Source of the DNA: a bacterium
GTDB taxonomy: Bacteria; Patescibacteriota; Minisyncoccia; UBA6257; GWB1-50-10
DNA length: 46,891 bases
Assembly: GCA_002686365.1 (NCBI GenBank)
Contig: NZBZ01000015.1
Span: 1 to 46,891 of the forward strand
Direction of reading: 5' to 3'
Below, in pieces: positions 44,697-46,891 of the stretch (within the stretch, counting starts at the first letter, position 1; the number at the start of each line of letters is the position of its first letter). A program made the position numbers and the translations under genes. The notes below the pieces were generated by a model, which saw nothing but the letters and a program-made list of their open reading frames with translations, was not told where the DNA came from and made no database searches.

Positions 44697-44762
44697 GTCT
44701 TCTAGAATGGTGTTTTCGTAAGGTGTTTTCTTTGAGAGCACCTTTTTTTGTCAATAATTTTC

Positions 44763-44790
44763 TTGACACTTTTCTGCTTCTTTGTATAAT
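44763..44790 (+). promoter_or_regulatory. Sigma70-type promoter
   Basis: TTGACA-16 nt-TATAAT, 34 nt upstream of ATG 44825. Confidence 0.8.
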
Positions 44791-44824
44791 GGTTTTCGTT
44801 ACTAAAGTTTTACTTGGGATTTTT

Positions 44825-45457
44825 ATGAAAATATTTTTAGATTTTGACAATGTTTTTGTTAATGCTCGGAAGATTTGTAGAGACTATTTTCGTCTCTTTG
44901 TTCCGCTTGGTGTTCCGCATGAAGACGCCAGGGTGTTATATGAGGAAACGAAGTGTCAGGTAGGAAGAGATGATCCAAGACACTTTGCTAAGCTTTTATA
45001 CGAGCGATTTCCTGAAGTTAGTCAGTCCCGATTTGAGCGCGATCTTCTGCATTTCAAGTCTAAGAGTGCTCCGTATGTTTTTTCTGATTCTCGGCCTTTT
45101 TTGGAACGTTTGCAGTCAAAGGGCCTTGAGATTTTTGTTGTTTCTTATGGGGATCGTCATGGTCAGCTTACTAAGGTTTCCGGCAGCGGTCTTCGGGAGT
45201 TTTTTAAAGATGTTGTTATTGTTCCTAATGATAATGAGAAGGCAGATGCGATTTGTTCACTTTTAAATTCAAAGTCGGAAAGAGGAGTGTTTGTTGATGA
45301 TAGTAAGAGTGTCGTGGATCATGTAAAAGAGCGGATTCCTCATATTTCTGTGCTACATCTTACTCGTTTTTCAGATCAAAAAGCTTCTTCTAAGGCAGAT
45401 GTTTGTGTTCGCACTCTTGATGATGTGTTTCGATATATAGAAGAGCAGAAGGAGTAG
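44825..45457 (+). CDS. HAD-superfamily hydrolase
   Basis: MKIFLDFDNVF (DxD), VVSYG, K, FVDDS motifs. Confidence 0.88.
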   Translation: MKIFLDFDNVFVNARKICRDYFRLFVPLGVPHEDARVLYEETKCQVGRDDPRHFAKLLYERFPEVSQSRFERDLLHFKSKSAPYVFSDSRPFLERLQSKGLEIFVVSYGDRHGQLTKVSGSGLREFFKDVVIVPNDNEKADAICSLLNSKSERGVFVDDSKSVVDHVKERIPHISVLHLTRFSDQKASSKADVCVRTLDDVFRYIEEQKE

Positions 45458-45498
45458 TTGGCGTTTTTGCGCGCTTTTGTCAAATATTTTTCTGCAAG

Positions 45499-45507
45499 TT
45501 ATCCACA
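45499..45507 (+). promoter_or_regulatory. Single consensus DnaA box
   Basis: TTATCCACA in the intergenic region upstream of a promoter. Confidence 0.5.
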
Positions 45508-45555
45508 GGCGGGCTTTTTTCTTTATTTTGCAAGGTTTTTTTGTCATGTTTTTTC

Positions 45556-45583
45556 TTGACAGTGTATGTTGTAAAGGTATACT
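45556..45583 (+). promoter_or_regulatory. Sigma70-type promoter
   Basis: TTGACA-16 nt-TATACT. Confidence 0.65.
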
Positions 45584-45696
45584 TGTTTGTACTAAGCAAA
45601 AGAATGAGAAGAGTATATGTTTTGTATATTCTTCTCGCTCTTTGGCAATTGGGTTTGGAAATCTTAGGTGTTTCTCTGATTGAGAAGGAAGGTGAC

Positions 45697-46758
45697 ATGA
45701 GCTTCGCTGCTTTCACGGATATTCAGGGCAGGTTCGCCCGGAATCATACCTACCTATCTGTAGGAGGAGCGGGAGACGTTTCGTTGTCTTTTGACAATAG
45801 CTTTGTTGTCGTTCCTGCTCGGAATGAAGCAGATACGGTCGGCTGGGTGCTTAAAGGACTCCTTGCTGACGGTGTGCCTCCCGAGCAGATTCTGGTAGTA
45901 GATAGCAGCTCCTTTGATGACACGGCGAAAATCGCTGCCGATCATGGAGTTGTTGTTATTGATCAGATGAAGACGATCGATAGGCATTGTCGACGCGACG
46001 CGTTTCTCGACCTTGGCATCTCGTTCAACTGGTCTAATAAGTTGCCTGACATGGACTGCGGCAAGGGGTGTGCGATCTTTGCTGCGCTGTTGTACCTTGG
46101 TGCAATCGGCGCTGCGGATGACACACGGATTTTTCTCCTGGATGCGGACATTCGTAATCTTCAGGAGCTAAATCCTTTGCGATACCTTGTCTTCGCAGAC
46201 GAAGACACTGATGGTAGACTGTCTTGTATTAAGTGCGGACATCCCAAGCGGGAGAATGAAATTCCTCTTGCGATGTGGGTTGCTGCTGCGCAGACCTTTC
46301 CTGCGCAGGCCGAGCGATACCTCCCAGTGTCGGCTTTCACCTGGCCGCTCTGCGGTCAGATGATGGTGCGGCTGGGCGCGCTCCGCAAGACTCCTATCGC
46401 AAGTGGATACTCGCTTGAGACTGTCATGCTCATGGGTCTTCTTGATCTTGTGGGTATTGATGGACTCGGTCAGGTGTGGGTCCACGGCGCCTTAGAGGAC
46501 AAGGTGGGCGATCCTCCTAAGTACATCATGATGTATGGTAAGATTGGCGTCATGATCATGAGGGTGCTTCAGCGGGAAGGAGGTCTTCCTGGCATCCTTG
46601 AGAGTGGTTTGTATACTGCTTTCAACGACTCACTGCGGGAGGCTAATGCGTTCGTGACCTCTCCAGATGGTCCGAACATCATCGCGAGAGCTAAGCCGGA
46701 GAAGCTTATCCCTCCGTTCGAGTTTCTTCGGGAAGCTTGTGCAATTACCTTTGCATGA
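45697..46758 (+). CDS. GT-A glycosyltransferase, glucosyl-3-phosphoglycerate synthase-like
   Basis: VVVPARNEADTVG, VVDSSSFDDT, GKG, LDADI, WPLCGQ, GYSLE; GAAGGAAGGTG upstream of ATG. Confidence 0.75.
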   Translation: MSFAAFTDIQGRFARNHTYLSVGGAGDVSLSFDNSFVVVPARNEADTVGWVLKGLLADGVPPEQILVVDSSSFDDTAKIAADHGVVVIDQMKTIDRHCRRDAFLDLGISFNWSNKLPDMDCGKGCAIFAALLYLGAIGAADDTRIFLLDADIRNLQELNPLRYLVFADEDTDGRLSCIKCGHPKRENEIPLAMWVAAAQTFPAQAERYLPVSAFTWPLCGQMMVRLGALRKTPIASGYSLETVMLMGLLDLVGIDGLGQVWVHGALEDKVGDPPKYIMMYGKIGVMIMRVLQREGGLPGILESGLYTAFNDSLREANAFVTSPDGPNIIARAKPEKLIPPFEFLREACAITFA

Positions 46759-46770
46759 GCATATGGTTAA

Positions 46771-46811
46771 GGGGCGTTCTTGGGTTCGTAGCTCGGAATG
46801 CCCCATTTTTT
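46771..46811 (+). terminator. Intrinsic terminator
   Basis: ggggcgttc...gaatgcccc followed by atttttt. Confidence 0.7.
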
Positions 46812-46835
46812 ACTTTGGTTTATAATGTTTTTATT

Positions 46836-46891
46836 ATGGAAAGAGTTAGTGTAGGAATTGTTGGTGCGGGTTATATAGGCAGAGAGCATGC
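46836..46891 (+). CDS. NAD(P)-dependent oxidoreductase, Gfo/Idh/MocA-like (partial, runs off window)
   Basis: MERVSVGIVGAGYIGREH Rossmann start. Confidence 0.75.
   Translation, partial: MERVSVGIVGAGYIGREH

Noticed and set aside
45499-45507. Replication origin at the DnaA box
   Set aside because: Only one consensus box, no dnaA nearby and no visible change in strand skew.
422-46485. Numerous antisense and alternate-frame ORFs in the track
   Set aside because: They lie within confidently identified genes and are explained by the strong G/T strand bias.
1-46891. CRISPR array, transposase, integrase or prophage
   Set aside because: No regularly spaced repeat-spacer array and no recognisable cas, transposase or phage structural genes; the holin-like gene belongs to a common chromosomal membrane family.

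Overview
A 46.9-kb chromosomal segment, most likely from a Patescibacteria (CPR, Parcubacteria-like) genome. This is inferred from gene order, short enzyme variants and SD-less AT-rich leaders. The standard code is used: TGA, TAG and TAA all end genes. The window is mostly housekeeping: six aminoacyl-tRNA synthetases (argS, ileS, trpS, valS, glyQS, leuS), smpB/tmRNA, infC-rpmI-rplT, rnj, rpsO-NYN-pnp, tsaD, recO, secG, tRNA-Leu(CAG), a Clp ATPase, an M16 peptidase and TatD, plus a few small accessory genes. The unexplained layer is a set of short repeat families. (1) 7-mer tandem arrays and REP-like palindromes sit in frame inside essential translation genes (ileS, valS, tsaD, leuS), read in different frames at different sites, and related repeats occur intergenically. 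(2) IleRS, ValRS and LeuRS each carry an inserted domain (histidine phosphatase, ASCH-like, NUDIX), and the ValRS insert is bracketed by an identical 25-bp direct repeat built from the 7-mer. (3) A ~180-190-nt rod hairpin followed by a GAGGTCTGnnGGTA-hairpin motif occurs at three loci. (4) An ATCCC(T/A)CACATA inverted-repeat family occurs three times. No transposase, RAYT or nuclease that could move these repeats is in the window. Also notable: GxHH in place of HxGH in both IleRS and ArgRS, an iPGM lacking its transferase domain, a PP2C-like gene with an in-frame TAG, and a GpgS-like glycosyltransferase next to a HAD hydrolase. All family assignments come from reading motifs by eye; no searches were run.
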